Below, piece by piece: positions 44,838-60,362 of a DNA stretch of 64,000 nucleotides. The stretch lies in contig OZ231126.1 of the NCBI GenBank assembly GCA_965153355.1, forward strand, positions 26,970,001-27,034,000, read 5' to 3'. Below the pieces are notes generated by a model. The model was not told where the DNA came from. It ran no database searches and saw only the letters and a program-made list of their open reading frames with translations. Both the position numbers and the translations under genes were made by a program. This DNA is from Flaccisagitta enflata. Taxonomy: Eukaryota. How positions within the stretch are numbered: position 1 is the first letter of the stretch; each line of letters opens with the position of its first letter.

Positions 44838-47800
44838 TCACAGTCCATTGAAGTTGAAGACAAATACGATGCTTAAAATCAACAGTCCAAAGCGATATTT
44901 TCTCGTTTCGGCTGTGTTACAGTAATCTTTATCGCTGCACGTACAGACTGTTACAGATTCAGCGCCTATGGTTATTGGTTGTAAAATGGTTATTAAATTG
45001 TTTGATCTGATCTGCGTTCTCTTCGGTCTTATCGGTCTTGGTTTGATCGAAAGATGCGTTCCCTCTATTTATATTTTCTTGAATTGGTTTGCAGTTTTCT
45101 GATTCCCACAAAGGATTTTATCATTCCTCCAAATAATCCATGTTTTGTAACTTCAGTGGGAACTTGATCGGGGAAAAAGTTGAAGTCAGTCTTCGACTTT
45201 TTGACATATTTTAGAGAAACATGGTTTTCATATTCCTGTGAGAAAGTTAAGTATCTCATACGGCTGATTAGGGCCTCCGATAAAATTAATGGGGTAAGTA
45301 AATTTAATGATTCTCTTTCATTTTGCGCCAAGCAGTGACTCCAGAACTCGCCATGTCGGTTGGTCGGTCCGTAACTAAAACAAAATGCGAGCATTTTTTG
45401 CTTTTCCGCCCCTGCCCACCCCTCCACGACTTAGGGGGAGTGTATACCGTAAACGGCTGTGTTTTAAATATATCTGGGGGTATGACAGTACAAAAGGCAA
45501 AATCAGACAGGGTGAATTTTTCTATCAGGGGGAAGTGGAAAAGAAACAAGGCCGGATACACGGGCCAAGACGGTGCGCCGGGCGTTATTAATTCTTAGAC
45601 CTATCCCTAGCTCCATCAGACCAATCCCTAGCTCCATCAGACCAATCCCTAGCTCTATCAGACCTATCCCGAGCTCTATCAGACCTATCCCGAGCTCTAT
45701 CAGACCTATCCCGAGCTCTATCAGACCTATCCGGAGCTCTGTCACACCTATCCCGAGCTCTATCAGATCTATCCCCATACCTATCCGACCTATCACCAGA
45801 CCTATCCGACCTATCCCCAGCTTGATCAAACCTCAACGTAGCTGATTATTTCAGTGAATGAAATGAATTTTTGTGAATGAAATGAATTTTAGTCAATGAA
45901 ATGAACCAAATGAGTTTTCAATTGATTTCAAACATTTTCAGCCAATGAAATGAAATTAATGAATGAATGATTGAATGAATGTATGAATGTATGAATGAAT
46001 GTATGTATGAATGTATGAATGAATGTATGAATGAATGAATGAAATGAATTTTAGTGAATGAAATGAATTTTAGTGAATGAAATGAGTTTTTGTGAATGAA
46101 ATGAATTTTAGTGAATGACCTCAACGTAGCTGATTATTTTAGTGAATAAAATGAATTTTAGTGAATGAAATGAATTTTAGTGAATGAAATGCATGAAATG
46201 AGTTTTCAATTGATTTCAAATATTTTCAGTGAATGAAATGAATGGATGAATGAATGAACGAATGAATCAACAAATGAATGAATTGTATGAATGAATTAAA
46301 TGAATGAATGAAATGAATGAATGAATGAATGAAATGAAGGAAATGAATGAATGAAATGAATGAATGAAATGGATAAATGAAATGAATGAATGAAATGAAT
46401 AAATGAAATGAATTAATGAATGAATGAATGAATGAATAGAATGAATGAATGAATGAATGAATGGAATAAATGGTCACGTTTGACGAGACGGGCCACCCTT
46501 TTGTCTTTTGTTTTTAGCGGTCAACCACTCGAAAGCGGGTAACGAGTTAGGGTTAGGGGTAGAGTTTGTTTTAGGGTTAGGGATAAGGTCAGGGATAGTC
46601 TTAGGGGTGAGGTTAGGGTTAGGGTTAGGGCTAGTGTTAGGGGTAGGGGTGTTTTAGGGCATAATATCTACTCGCCGATTGAAAATTTGCTCTGGCGGAA
46701 TTTTCGGGAAATTCAAGTGCGCCTTCATCTACAAAGGACGATTTCAGCAAGAGGCTCACATGTCCAATTTCCAAGACCAACGCAAGGCTAACAGGGCAAT
46801 TTCAGTACATGAGGGACTTGCAATTGGTACCATTGCTATCTAATGTCAGGGGAGGTATACTTTTTCAAAATTAGGCCGAAAAAAATGGGCAGATATTTCA
46901 TTATCACCAAAAAACACGTCCATCACACGGGGCTTTCGCTCTTCATTTTCATGTAACAAACTGTAACAGATCTTAATTATCCATTTTCATGAGGCCCATT
47001 TTGTTGTTTTAGCGACCATTAATATTCATTGTGGCCGTTTGGTCATATTTTATTGATATTGTCTCGCTGGAAACATGAACTGTCCGAAATTGGACTTTTT
47101 CAGCACCTGAAAGTGAACAAGGTAAAGGACGCAATTTTGGACAAATTTGAAGGGAACGGCAAATGACATTAATTCTAACCTCAGTAGGGGTGAGAAAGCA
47201 GACAAATTTGGGCTTGGGTAAGCCCCCATTTCACAAGGAAGACCGCCAAAAAAAATCGGGCGAAAAAATATAATGACGGAATAATTATGATAAAATCTTG
47301 AATTTCGGACAATTACTATTTTTCCACAATTTAATTGTCCCACTTAAGTTCACTTATGATACCTAACAGATATTTCTCAGAAAATGTGTTAACTTCAATA
47401 TTAATGACTCTAAAGTTGTTGGGTAAAACTAGTGAATTGCAATCCAGATAAATTTGGCTTGGTTTGTTCGAGTTTTCACACTCCAAGGGGAGAAAATTGA
47501 ATTTCGGACAATTACTATTTTTCCACAAATTACACGCGAACCGCCTAATTCTGTTCTCGTCCAATATTGGTAATGATATCTTGAGAACGCCTCACCCGAT
47601 TCTCATGAAATTTTGTGTGAAAACTCATTTAAGCAAAACCTAGTATACGCATGTGAATCATAAAGCATTCATTTAGGCGAGACCAGCCTAGGGGGCAGGG
47701 GACACCCGCTAGTCGCTAAGCTAACCCACATGTGCACGGACTTGTGGAAAGAAAAGTCAGAAGTGAAAAAAATGTCAATTTTTAGAACAGAAGATTATTA

Positions 47801-50800
47801 AATGTTTTATATAATTTTGAATCGATTGAGACTAACTTTTTTTTTCAAACAAAAAATTTCCCCGCTGACCCCCCCCCCCCGGGGGTGGCTGGGCGGGGGG
47901 GGGGGGAGAAAGGGGGGCCATTAAGCTTTGGCAATACCCAAATCCCATCCCTCGGACATCAAGGCTCACGATTCTCTCATGATCAACATGAAATATTTGA
48001 TTCTAAAAATGTGATTTTTTCAATACCAAGTGTGAGTCTGATGCTGATATCGTCCCAAAATTACCGAATAAATGAATGAATGGAATGAATGAAATGAATG
48101 AATGAAATGTATGAATGAAATGAATGAAATGAATGAATGAAATGAATGAATGAATGAATGAATGAATGAAATGAATGAATGAATGAAATGAATGATTGAA
48201 TGAATGAATGAATGAATGAAATGAATGAAATGAATGAAATGAATGAAATGAATGAATGAATGAATGAATGAAATGAAATTTAGTGAATGAAACGAATTTT
48301 AGTGAATAAAATGAATTTTAGTGATTGAAATGAACAAAATGAGTTTTCAATTGATTTCAAACATTTTCAGCGAGTTTTCATTCGAGCGTGACCGACGGAT
48401 GGACAGACGGACAGAACCTCTTATAGAGGTGCTGTGGCGCATCTGGAAATCATCCTAGCATATTTTTGAATCATTTCAAGTGATTTTTGCTTCTTTTCGA
48501 GATTTTCAACTCTAGCGTGACCGACCAACCTACCGACCGACCAACCGACAGACAGCTTGTTATAGAGGTGCTGTGGCGCACCTAAAAATCGTCAATTCTC
48601 AAACTGGAAAATCTACCATTTTTTCTGTTTGGGCAGGTAGTCCAACTTTCTGGCTGCACGTTTTGTGGGTCTGTTGACCTTAATGGGCTGGGGTTGGACT
48701 GGGGCAGGGGTACAAACCCCTAGAGGCAATTTTTTTGCAAAAAATTAAGATAGGCTCATTTTATTCCAAATTTTCTGAAATGTCTAAATGAAATGAACGA
48801 CATGAGTTTTCAATTGATTTCAAACATTTTCAGCCAATGAAATGAAATTAATGAATGAATGAATGAAATGAATGAAATGAATGTATGAATGAATGTATGC
48901 ATGAATGTATGTATGAATGTATGAATGAATGTATGAATGAATGAAATGAATTTTGGTGAATGAAATGAATTTTAGTGAATGAAATGAATTTTAGTGAATG
49001 AAATGAATTTTAGTGAATGAAATGGATTTTAGTGAATGACCTCAACGTAGCTGATTATTTTAGTGAACAAAATGAATTTTAGTGAATGAAATGAATTTTA
49101 GTGAATGAAATGCATGAAATGATTTTTCAATTGATTTCAAACATTTTCAGTGAATGAAATGAATGAATGAATGAATGAATGAATAAACGAATAAATGAAT
49201 GAATGAATGAAATGAAATTTAGTGAATGAAACAAATTCTAGTGAATAAAATGAATTTTAGTGATTGAAATGAACAAAATGAGTTTTCAATTGATTTCAAA
49301 CATTTTCAGCGAGTTTTCATTCGAGCGTGACCGACGGATGGACAGACGGACAGAACCTCTTATAGAGTAGGGTGGTCCGGAATTGGGTCAAATTTCATAT
49401 ATTGATATACTTGAGCCCTTTGCACAAATATCCAATAAAAGAAGGATTTCTCACAAGCTGGGGTGTGAAATAGGGTGACTGAAAATATGGTCATATTTGA
49501 ATCTGGTCTCCCTCGCGGGAGAAATGATACCATTTCCATCACAGATGATAACCCTAAAATCTGGGGGCAATCAAATGAAGTTTACTCATGGCCGCAACCC
49601 CCCCTCATTTCCCATAAAAAATGTACAGGAAGGATTTTGGCCTCTGCAGCTTCCTATCTTTTATAATGGGAATGTGGTGGGGTTGCGGCCATGAGTAAAC
49701 TTTTTCTGATCATCTCCAGATTTTAGAGTTACCATCTATGATGGAAATGGTCACATTTCTCCCGCAAGGAAGACGAGATTCGGATTTGACCATATTTTAA
49801 GTCACCCTAGTGTGAAATCAAACAAGAAACCTTGTCAGCAAAACCATAGGCTTGCTATGGGGACTTTTTTATTGCCATTGAAAGCCTAAAGTTTTGCCGC
49901 CATGGTTTAATCTTCAAATTCAGACCTCTACTTGTGGGAGAACCTTCTTATTTGGTACATTTATGCAAAAAACTAGAGTATATCATTTTTCTAAATTTGA
50001 TGCTCAAGGGAATTATCGCGGGAAATGTTGAAATCACTTTAAAACTCATCTCAATCATCATTCACATCACAGATTTCATTCATTATCATATTCAGCTACA
50101 GTTAGGTCTAGAGTTAGGGACAGTTCTGATACTATCAGTGATAGAGCTCGGGATAGGTCTAAGAATTATTAACGCGGGGCAAGCAAGATTAGCAAGATTA
50201 GTCATTTAGTGTTACCTGATACTTTTTTATTCGTAAATAGACGGTCAGACCGCATTTCAGGGTCCTTTTCAAGGAAATCTTTCATTGGAAGACATTTATC
50301 CGAGACTTCACTTGTAATATGTGGACAACCAGCCATGCGTGTGTGGGTGTGTCCTCCTTTTGTGTAGGTGATCCGTAGACAGTTGGGTTTCGGTTTCTGC
50401 AAAGGGGTCAGAAATACAAAACAAGCTACTGAGTACTGTACGATGGGAGCAATGGCGGTTTTCTACATTTTCACTGTTGAGATGCAGAACCTTGTTTTCA
50501 TTAGCAGACACGGGAAGGTAAGAGGTATTGTCCGTCGTCGGTCTATTGGTCAGTGATGATCGAGTAAAAAAGTGGAAAACCCAGTGTTCTAGAAACTTTG
50601 TGTATGTTTGTGTGTGGGTTGGGGTAGGGATGGGGGTTGGACAGCCCCGCCCACCCATCCACAACAATATTATGACCCCGCGTAACTTGTTCTGAAAGTT
50701 GATGGTCCCATTTTGTACCGCCAAAAGATTTATTTTCCCCAAATTTTCTTTTTTTCTCTTTATTCCCCCTTATTGGAAAAAAGTTGAATTACACAATTTA

Positions 50801-51060
50801 ACTTTTTGTTTGTAAAAAAACGAATTATGTAGCTAAGAAAGAGCTTATTTTTCTCCTTTAAATGGCGCCAACCAGAAGTCTCTACAATCAATAGTTTTGG
50901 CGCTATGAATTTTTGAATCTTTTTTTTTCGCATTTTTGCAAAAATCGATATTTTTCATTGATCCTATTTTTCGGCCCTATGTAATAAGAGAGAAGAGTCA
51001 AGATGTTACACAAATTGACCCTAACTTTTATGACTCTAGCTTTTGCATTTTACTCTGCTT

Positions 51061-51132
<72 letters not shown>

Positions 51133-53212
51133 AGTGGGGCATTCGTATTACTTTTACATGCTGCCATCCTCTTTAAAGCTTCACAGAGGAGTGTCTAAGG
51201 TAATCATATCAATTTCAATGAAATCGTAAAATAGTCTTTTTGGTTAATATATTTGTTTCTTGGAAAACAAGAGTGCAGACATATCATTAGATTTCGATCG
51301 CAAAAAAACAAGGCCAACACCTATAAGTCGCGTGCGAGACTTAAATATGTAATTACTTTATTACATAACTACATAACTAAAATGACTTTTATTGAATTTA
51401 ATTTATATAACATGACTTAAAATAATCTAAAACGACCTACAATGACTTAAAATGCCCTAATTTGACTTTAATTGACCTAAAATGACTAAAATAATTTAGT
51501 GACTAAAATAACTTAAATTGATTTAAATTGATATAAAATGACTTTAAATGACTTAAATTGACAAAAAATGACTTAAAATGACTTAAATTGACCTAGATTT
51601 ACTGAAATTTTATTCAACTGACCTAAATTGACTTAAACAGACCTAAAATCACTAAAATGATGAAAACTATTAAAATAACTCGAATGACTTAAATTGACTT
51701 AAACTGACTTAAAATGACTTAAAACGATCTAATTTGACTTTAAATGACCTATTTGACTTAAATTAAGCTAGTAGGAATAAAATGAATAAAAAAAGTAAAG
51801 TGTGACCGACCGACCGACCGACCGACCGACCGACCGACCGACGGACAAAGCGGGGTGTAGAGTCGCGTAGCACGCGACTAAAAACGGTTGCCGATAGAAT
51901 TCCGGAAAAAGAAAAACGGCGATCGTTCTAAAATCAACAGCCTCATCTTGTGTCAGCGTTATGGTCTTAAATTCAGTCATCACCCGTATTTGACACACCT
52001 GAACAGTGCGTCTTATGAAGAAACAGATGATGCTAGTGGGCTGATATTTGGAATATTAACTAATGAGATTAGTTTTAGTCAGTTGCCATGGAAACACGAG
52101 TATTCCTGCTAGCCTGCTATAATAACGATTTTTTGAGAGATTTGTTAAGGGAACATTGCTTTAAATTAAATTTGCTACTATTTTCCTACAATATGTTCTG
52201 TAAGAATATCACCTGTTTGGCTGTTGCTAGGGAGCGTAATTATGTATGACATCCCCTAGCAATGGTTAAACAAGCGACATTCTAACAGAACATATTATAG
52301 GAAAGTTGTAGCAAATCTAATTTTAAGCAATAATCTTTCAAAAAATATCTCAAAATATTGAATTTATTGTGGGAATACAGGAAATAAGTTTCTATGGCAA
52401 CCAACCATCATGTGCAATAAATCATCTTAATCAGTTTATATTCCAAATATCAGTCCCTTTACTTCATGTTTTTCCATAATGCTTGCCCCCATTATCTCAT
52501 GTTTAGACGAGATCTACTGTATCTTAATATCTTACGAGGACGCATCTATTGAACATCTCTTTGCCTCGTTTGATATTTAATTTGCTTGTCATTTACAATG
52601 TTGCTTTTGAAATGTATTTTTCCATCATTCTAAGGTGAGAACGTACATTCTCATACACGCTCACCTGTCGGCAATTCCAATCCGCTAGCCTGCATTCATG
52701 TCGTTCGGTGTTCCCATCGCTATCGATCTCTTCTGTGGTTACGGTAACAGTCTGTCCTTTGAAAGGCTCCTGGGAAAAAAAAAGTAATTCCCACCCTTTA
52801 TCTATTCTGGCCAGAAGATCATCAGTTGGCATTGGAATTTGGATCCAAAAAAGCAGGAATCGAAACAGAAATTTGGGTCCGCGACTGCATCGTTACAACT
52901 TGCTTTACATGTCTAGAACAAAAAGCTTTTAAGCATTTGCTTCCAGTCTACCGATGCGCCATTGATAACTCTCGCCTGCAAATGGGACTTTTGACCATAA
53001 ATATAGCGACCCCACTCCCTTACCCACCTACCAAACACCCACCGCCTCCCCACCCCCTATTGTAGCTTGCAAGCGACCAAATATACACTTTTAAGATGCG
53101 TCCTCGCATCTCTAAAATTGGCCGTGTCCGTCCGTCCGTCCGTCAGGCAGTTGGTTATGCATTCATCAATATCGCGAAATTCGTCATCATTTTGATAGAA
53201 AAGTGCATCATC

Positions 53213-53264
<52 letters not shown>

Positions 53265-54843
53265 ATTCATCATCATCATCATCGCCGTCATTATCATCGC
53301 CGTCAATTCCATCAACATCATCATAGGCTTTCATAGCCATAAAGGTCATCATCGACATCGTCGTTGTCGTCATCGTTGTCATCGTCGTTATCAGCCATGA
53401 TAGGACCCTTTACAGTATGACCATTTTGATTTCAATAGTCGGGAAAAAAGTCGAAGTCAGTCTTCGACTTTTTGACACATTTGAGAGAAACAGAGTTTTC
53501 ATTTTCTTATGAGAAAGTTGAGCATCTCCACCGACCGATTGCACCATCGGACAAAATTGATAGGGTAAGTGAATTTGATAATTCTCTTTCTTTTGGCGTC
53601 AAGCAGAATGCTCTAAAACAAATATTTTTTGTGCTATGATTTTTTAAAGATTTATGAAAAATTTGAATAAAATTTTTTTCAATTTTTTATGATTTTGTTT
53701 AGGATCAATAAAGGAGTGTATTTATTTTTATGTGAGCATGCAAATAAAAAAAAAAAGGTTTATGAGCACAGCTGCTCATCTGTGATGGCCTTTTTGAGCA
53801 TTTTAGCTCATTTAGCTCACTTAACTCAGTCGATTCTTTTTGATTTCGAATATGATAAATAACTAAATATGTTCATACTTGTTTAAGCAAGCAAATAAAA
53901 AAACATGTCGGTAAGCAGAGCTGCTCATCTGTGTGAGCATTTTTAAGTATTCTCATTTAGCTCATTTAGCTTGCTCTTTTTCTCTGATTTTGAATAGGAT
54001 AGATAAATTTTTGTTTTGATTTAAGCGTGTAAGTACAAGGAAGCATATCAGTGAGCAAAGCTGGTGTTCTGGTTTAGCTCATCAAGCTCATTTGGCTCAG
54101 TCCTATTTTTCTCTGATTTTCAGTGCAATCAAAATGTACAATTGCTTTTGATTTGATCAAATAAAAAAAAGATTTCAGTGACTAAAAAAAAAAACATGGT
54201 GAAAAGTGACCAATGCTTACGACTTTTTCCCTCACGGCGACAGCCGCCATAACTGGTATAAAGTATGAATTAAGACCATATAAAGCAAGACCACATAAAG
54301 CAAGACCACATAAAGCAAGACCATGTAAAGCAAGACCATGTAAAGCAAGACCATTTAAAGTAAGAGTCGCGTGCGGGTGGGCAGGGGCTGTATTTGTGGT
54401 CACTCAATCATTTGGGCAGGTGCAGTGAGGCAAAAAAAAGTAAAGTGTGACGGACGGACCAACGGACGGACAAACGGATCGAAGGACCGACAAAGCGGGT
54501 TGTAGAGTCGCGTAGCATGGCACGCGACTAAAAATGACGTTATTATAAAAAAAGTCTAACACATAAAAACATCACTCTGCAAGCCCAACGTTAACAAGGC
54601 CGGATACATGGCAATCCAGTCGCGGACGGTTGGGCAGGAGCAGTAATGCGAAAACCGCTCGGAATTCAAAAACGTGATGAACGGACGGACGGACCTACCG
54701 ACCGACACGGCAAGGTGTAGAGTCGCGTGTCCGCGACTAAAAAGAAACCGTTGAATACTCACCTTGCAATCCCAACATTTAAGAGAAACCGTTGAATGCA
54801 GAAAGCAAAGAAAAAAGAACAAAAACATGTTGGCGCGATTCAT
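44838..54843 (-). CDS. GPI-anchored Ly6/uPAR (LU, three-finger; quiver/sleepless-like) protein, 4 exons, 164 aa
   Basis: Exons 54843-54763, 52769-52665, 50396-50216, 44965-44838 (495 nt, phases consistent). Signal peptide followed by LKCWDC, ten cysteines in the mature part, terminal CTCSDKDYCN motif, and hydrophobic tail FGLLILSIVFVFNF. Confidence 0.88.
45596..45825. repeat. 21-bp minisatellite (CTATCCCGAGCTCTATCAGAC)n
   Basis: Tandem copies are visible and explain the IELGIGL-repeat pseudo-ORFs. Confidence 0.92.
45850..49365. repeat. (GAAT/GAAAT)n satellite blocks with local duplications
   Basis: Blocks at about 45850-46470, 48070-48370 and 48785-49310 share the unique junctions cctcaacgtagctgattattt and gagttttcaattgatttcaaacattttcag. 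Confidence 0.85.
46547..46659 (+). repeat. Degenerate interstitial (TTAGGG)n tract
   Basis: ttagggttagggg...ggttagggttagggttaggg with interspersed variants. Confidence 0.7.
49471..49809. mobile_element. hAT-type MITE with perfect 8-bp TSD GTGTGAAA
   Basis: gtgtgaaa|tagggtgactgaaaatatggtca ... tgaccatattttaagtcacccta|gtgtgaaa; palindromic throughout. Confidence 0.9.
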
Positions 54844-54983
54844 TTTTTTCTTTAAGACGAATCTATGAACGGTAAAGAGCAGTGACAACCTAGTAACCAA
54901 ATCTAAAAGGGTTAGTCTTTGGAGTGTTATTCTAATTCATCAGGCGTAGAAATCAACTTCCAGTCTTCATGACTCTTGATGTT

Positions 54984-55436
54984 TACACTTTTTTTTTTTT
55001 ATAAGAACCTTGTTTATAAGAACATCAAGGCTTCGAATGGCCTCAAAATTAAGAACATCTTAAGAACATACGAAGGCTTCAAATCTTGAAAATAATTTTC
55101 GCATAAGGTAATATTTGAAGAATATTATTAAAACACTCAAATTTTAGTAAAATTTAGATAATACTATATAATTTTTAGTATAAATAGCATAAAAATATCT
55201 GTAGATTTTAATTTTTGGCATTTGTTTTAACAACTTTAAAAAGAAATATATATGAAATAAATAAAAAATAGTATTTTATAAAGATTCCCTTAGTATTCCC
55301 TTAGTATTCCCTTAGTATTCCCTTAGTATTTTTAATTAAGAACCCAGTAAGAACGTTGAAGGCTTCATTTGGCCTCAAAAATAAGAACATGAAGCCTTCG
55401 AAAAAAAAATGACGTTCTTATAAAAAAAAAAAGTGT
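54984..55436. mobile_element. TA-flanked MITE (shorter relative at about 1918-2068)
   Basis: tacactttttt...ataagaac ... gttcttataaaaaaaaaaagtgta. Confidence 0.75.
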
Positions 55437-55797
55437 ATCTCTTCCTCGGTCGGTCCGTTAAGGTAGAGTGGGAAATAAGGAGCCAGGGGACGTGACAAAA
55501 ATTTGTTTCAGCAGTTTTCAATTCAAGTGAACGATACGCTTCCACCCTCGTATTTCAGCTCGTAAAGCAAGCACGATGCTTGATGATATCCATATTTATG
55601 ATGTACCATTCGCAACTGTCGTTCGTGTGCATCCTTGAATTAATAGTATTCTATAAATCCATTTTACAGATTACTCCATTTATGATTACTCCATTAAACA
55701 TGATCATTGTCACCGCGTAGGCCGTATCAAGTATCACTCGGAAATGGACGTGGACAAGGGGCATTAAAGTAAATAAAGGATTTTTTTCTTTTCATAA

Positions 55798-55884
<87 letters not shown>

Positions 55885-55963
55885 AAGAATAAAAACACAA
55901 TTTTGCCGAATTTTCGAAGGCCCATGCCCTCTTTATCATAGCCGTGAAACCTCTCTCTCTCTT

Positions 55964-56156
<193 letters not shown>

Positions 56157-56354
56157 CTCTCTCTCGGGAAAATCTCGTTATTCAGATTTTTCTAAGTCGC
56201 ATTACTTAGAATTTAGCACTTTTCTCATAACTCAGATTCTATGTTATGAGAATTTAAAATTTTTGTTATTTCTCATAACTCAGATTGTCTGTCTTTCTAT
56301 CTTTTTCTCATAACTCAGATTTTTCTTTAAATTCACTGTTTTTGTTGCTCTTTG

Positions 56355-56385
<31 letters not shown>

Positions 56386-56396
56386 TTTTCTTTCTT

Positions 56397-56517
<121 letters not shown>

Positions 56518-57578
56518 TTCTCTCTTTCTCTCAACCTCCACTCACATAAACAAAATGCATTTAAAACGCTCATTTTCACACTTATCGACTCGCGTTCACC
56601 GACTGACGGACCAACGGACAGACAAAGCCTCATATAGAGTTGCGTGTCCGCAACTAAAAAAGAATTATTTTCATCCTGAAACTACATCTGATTTCTGATA
56701 AAGTGCAACCAACCGCATTATAGGAACTCAATTTATTTAGAAATGATGGGCAAAACAAGATTGCGTCATCCTTTCTCAAAATATCTCTTCAAAAGCATAT
56801 GAAGATAATTTAGGCAGTTATGGTTGTTCACAAGATACATACAAAGAATCTTATGGATCAAATTGATGGCAAAGGTCACTGGGGTATTTGTACAGAAGCT
56901 GTGAGCTCAAAATGCCAAAAAAAAACCAAAAAAAACAAAAAGGGGACCGACCAACCAACCAACTAACCAATCAACCAACGGATAGACGGACAAAGCATAG
57001 CAAAGCATGGCACGCAACTATTACTATCTTCGCCAAAAGAAACGCAGCAGTTGTCCATAATAGTATCTACTTTGAAAGAGTGCTGCTCTTAAACAAATAA
57101 AGCTACAGACCCTAGATTAGACCCATTTTTAAGGTCTAACGCAAACCTTCAAAATGGGACCAATCTGGGCTCTGTAACTTTTTTTGATGCTATTTTCAAA
57201 AACTGCTGCATTTCTTTCGGCGAAGATGGTACATTCTTTCTCAATAAAAGCCAAAAGCAAACTGCATGCATGTATGCTTACAAAAAGTTGTGTTATAGTA
57301 GCGATGTCACTGCATTGCATCGGTCCATAGAATTTGGTGGAAAAAGTGATGTTATGTGTTCATTTCATGTACTCCACGATTATGAAATTGTGATTTTACC
57401 TGAGATGATAGAGCCAAGCTATTGGTTACAATAGGTCAATGAGCTAGTTGTTGTCTCCGGCAGAAATACTAATCAATTGACCAATAGGCAAGCAAAAGGG
57501 GATTCTTGTAAGACAGAATTCTAACTCCCAAAAAAAAATACAGAGAAGAGAATTAGAGAAAGAAAGAGAGAGCGAGAG

Positions 57579-57659
<81 letters not shown>

Positions 57660-57836
57660 AACAGGTAAAAAAAGAATGAATGAAATGATAAGAAAAATTC
57701 TTATAACTTAGATTCTGAGTAATGAGAAAAAGATAGAAAGATAGACAATCTGAGTTATGCGAATATAATTCTCATCACTAAGAATCTGAATGATGAGAAT
57801 TTCAAAATTCTCGCTACTCAGATTCTAAGTAACACG

Positions 57837-58012
<176 letters not shown>

Positions 58013-59534
58013 CAATAATTGCCAGTAGAACAATATTGTATATTTTCTTTTCAGTAAAAATATCAGCATCATTACACCACAAAAAAAACAAAGTTTTCTA
58101 AGGACTGTTGTGCCTAAGTTAGACTTAGACTCAAAAATTTTCATAGGTCAGTCAGTAGCTCAGTCTTTAGCATGGACCTGCTCAATGCTTTCAATATTGC
58201 AAGGTTCTGGCTGAAATACTTTAGAAGTTATGAACATTTGTTTGAACCATATCAAGCTGAAAAAATTCCAGGAGAATCTTTAAGTCATGGTGTACAGGAA
58301 CAGGAAAATTTGGTTTCATTCTACTTTTTGCTTGTGATATAGATTTACAATCAAAAAATATCATTTGGATTTCAATTAAGTATTTTTGATATACATATAA
58401 GATGTTTTAATAATGTTTTTAAACCCAGAATGCTGACTATGGTTTCATAACAATCAGAAATAGGAATTGAATATTTGAATTCCCTAGAAAAATAGTGAAC
58501 AAAATTTCAAAACGTTTTTGGGTGAAATTATATCACGGCCTCAGTAAAGAAAATTTTGCATTTCCAAGAACATGGCCTTTTTCTTATATGTTTTTAAAAA
58601 GAGGCCATGTTTTTGGAAATGCTAATTTCTTTATTTCTATACAATAATAAAATTTCACCTAACAGGAGTGAGATGACAAAATATAATTTTCTATAATAAA
58701 TCTTCTTTTTTCTCTATTTTTTCAATTCATTAAGTACATCAAATCTGTATTTCAGAGATTATCTATGCAAAATATTATTGTTCAACACTTAAAAAATATT
58801 TTTTCAAAAAATAAAATTATAGAAAAATGATATGAAAAATATCAAAAAAATTGTAATGACGCATGAAATTTCTTCTTCCCGTACACTGCGTCTTAAACTT
58901 TCTTTTAGAATATGGCTGACACAAAAATTTTCTTAGTTTTTTTTTAAAAGTGAAATTACAAGATTTTGGATCTAGGCGAATCAAGCAATTTCCTATTGAT
59001 TGACCCTCCCTTTTTTTTTCAAAAAAATATCCTCATAAAGGGCTTTTTTTGGGGGCCCCTAGGGGCCCCTAAGAAGTTCAAAATTTTGATCAATGAGATG
59101 AACAGAGTTATGTGCATACGCCAAGGTATCTTTCAGGACCAAATTCAAGCAGATTAGATCAAGCTAGAACCCATGCCTTTACTACCTTCGGACCGGCCGC
59201 ATATAAAAGAGAAATAGGAAAATTCACAAGGACTCAGATTTAGGATCTGAGGTCAATATCTTAGGCTAAGTTCTTGAGAGGCGGGGATTTTCCCGCGATC
59301 AGCCTAATGCACCGTGACGTGAGGTTTTCAAATCTGTTTTCAGCAACGCGGCGGGTCATTAAGTAGGAGGTAGTAGGTCAGTTAGAGTGAGGATTTGAAA
59401 GAACATGTGCAGCGCAGTAGCGTTAGAGCATAGCATTAGACACTTGCAAAAAACATGTCACATCCAATGTCTTCAGTTGCGGACACGCGACTCTACACCT
59501 TGCTGTGTTGGTCCGTCAGTCCATCCATCTGCTG

Positions 59535-60362
59535 CTGAGCCGGATCAAGGAGGCGCGGGGCCCTAAGCTTAGCTAGGGGCACGGGGCCCCCTTCCCATCA
59601 CTCATATATACATTTATGACCAGTATAACTATGTTGGCAGTAAATATATAAACAGCTGATAAAAAACATCAACTTTGGAGGGTTGCTTAAACTAAACAAA
59701 TTGAACTATTGACTTCATACTAATTGGATTTCAAAAAGTCTGGAAAATTTTTAAAAAATTAATATAGGTGACAGAGCTAAATTCAATAAAGAGGTTTTTT
59801 ATTCCAAAAAATAAAAGGTTTTTTTTTGTAAGCTGTCCAAAAATGTAAAGCAAAGATGGTATCTAAAAAAAAGCAAATTATCGATTTACAAGGTCATTAA
59901 GCTTTTCCATAAAAAAAAAAAGAAAAATATTTGTCAAAGATTCTTTTAATGAAATATAAACACTTTTTATGAAATATGAACTTTTTTTGTTTAAGTTGAA
60001 AAATGTCTATAAATATCTATGAAAATAGACCAGATTTAAAAATTCTGTTTCATTTTTAATTCTAAGATTAATCGATATAAACATTTAAAGATTATGCATC
60101 TTTTAATCTATCAATGATATATTTTTGATGATACTTATTTCTTATCAAATAATTGTTTTAGTCACAAATGCAATAATCATTGCGATATCATTTACTGTTA
60201 AATTTTGCTGAATTTTACTAATTTTACCATGTTTTTATTTTTTTTTCTCTAGATTTAAAAAAACAAATTTCTATTTTTTGTTTGTTCAAGGGGCGCGGGG
60301 CCCCCCTTAGGCGTGGGGCCCTAAGCTTAAGCTTTTTAAGCCTATTGGTTGATCCGGCATAG
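59535..60362. mobile_element. hAT-type non-autonomous element with near-perfect 8-bp TSD
   Basis: atctgctg|ctgagccggatcaa ... ttgatccggcatag|acctgctg, with subterminal ggggccc repeats. Confidence 0.8.

Noticed and set aside
51890-51998. Extra exon of the LU gene (VCQIRVMTEF...)
   Set aside because: No convincing donor, and the ten-cysteine domain is complete without it.
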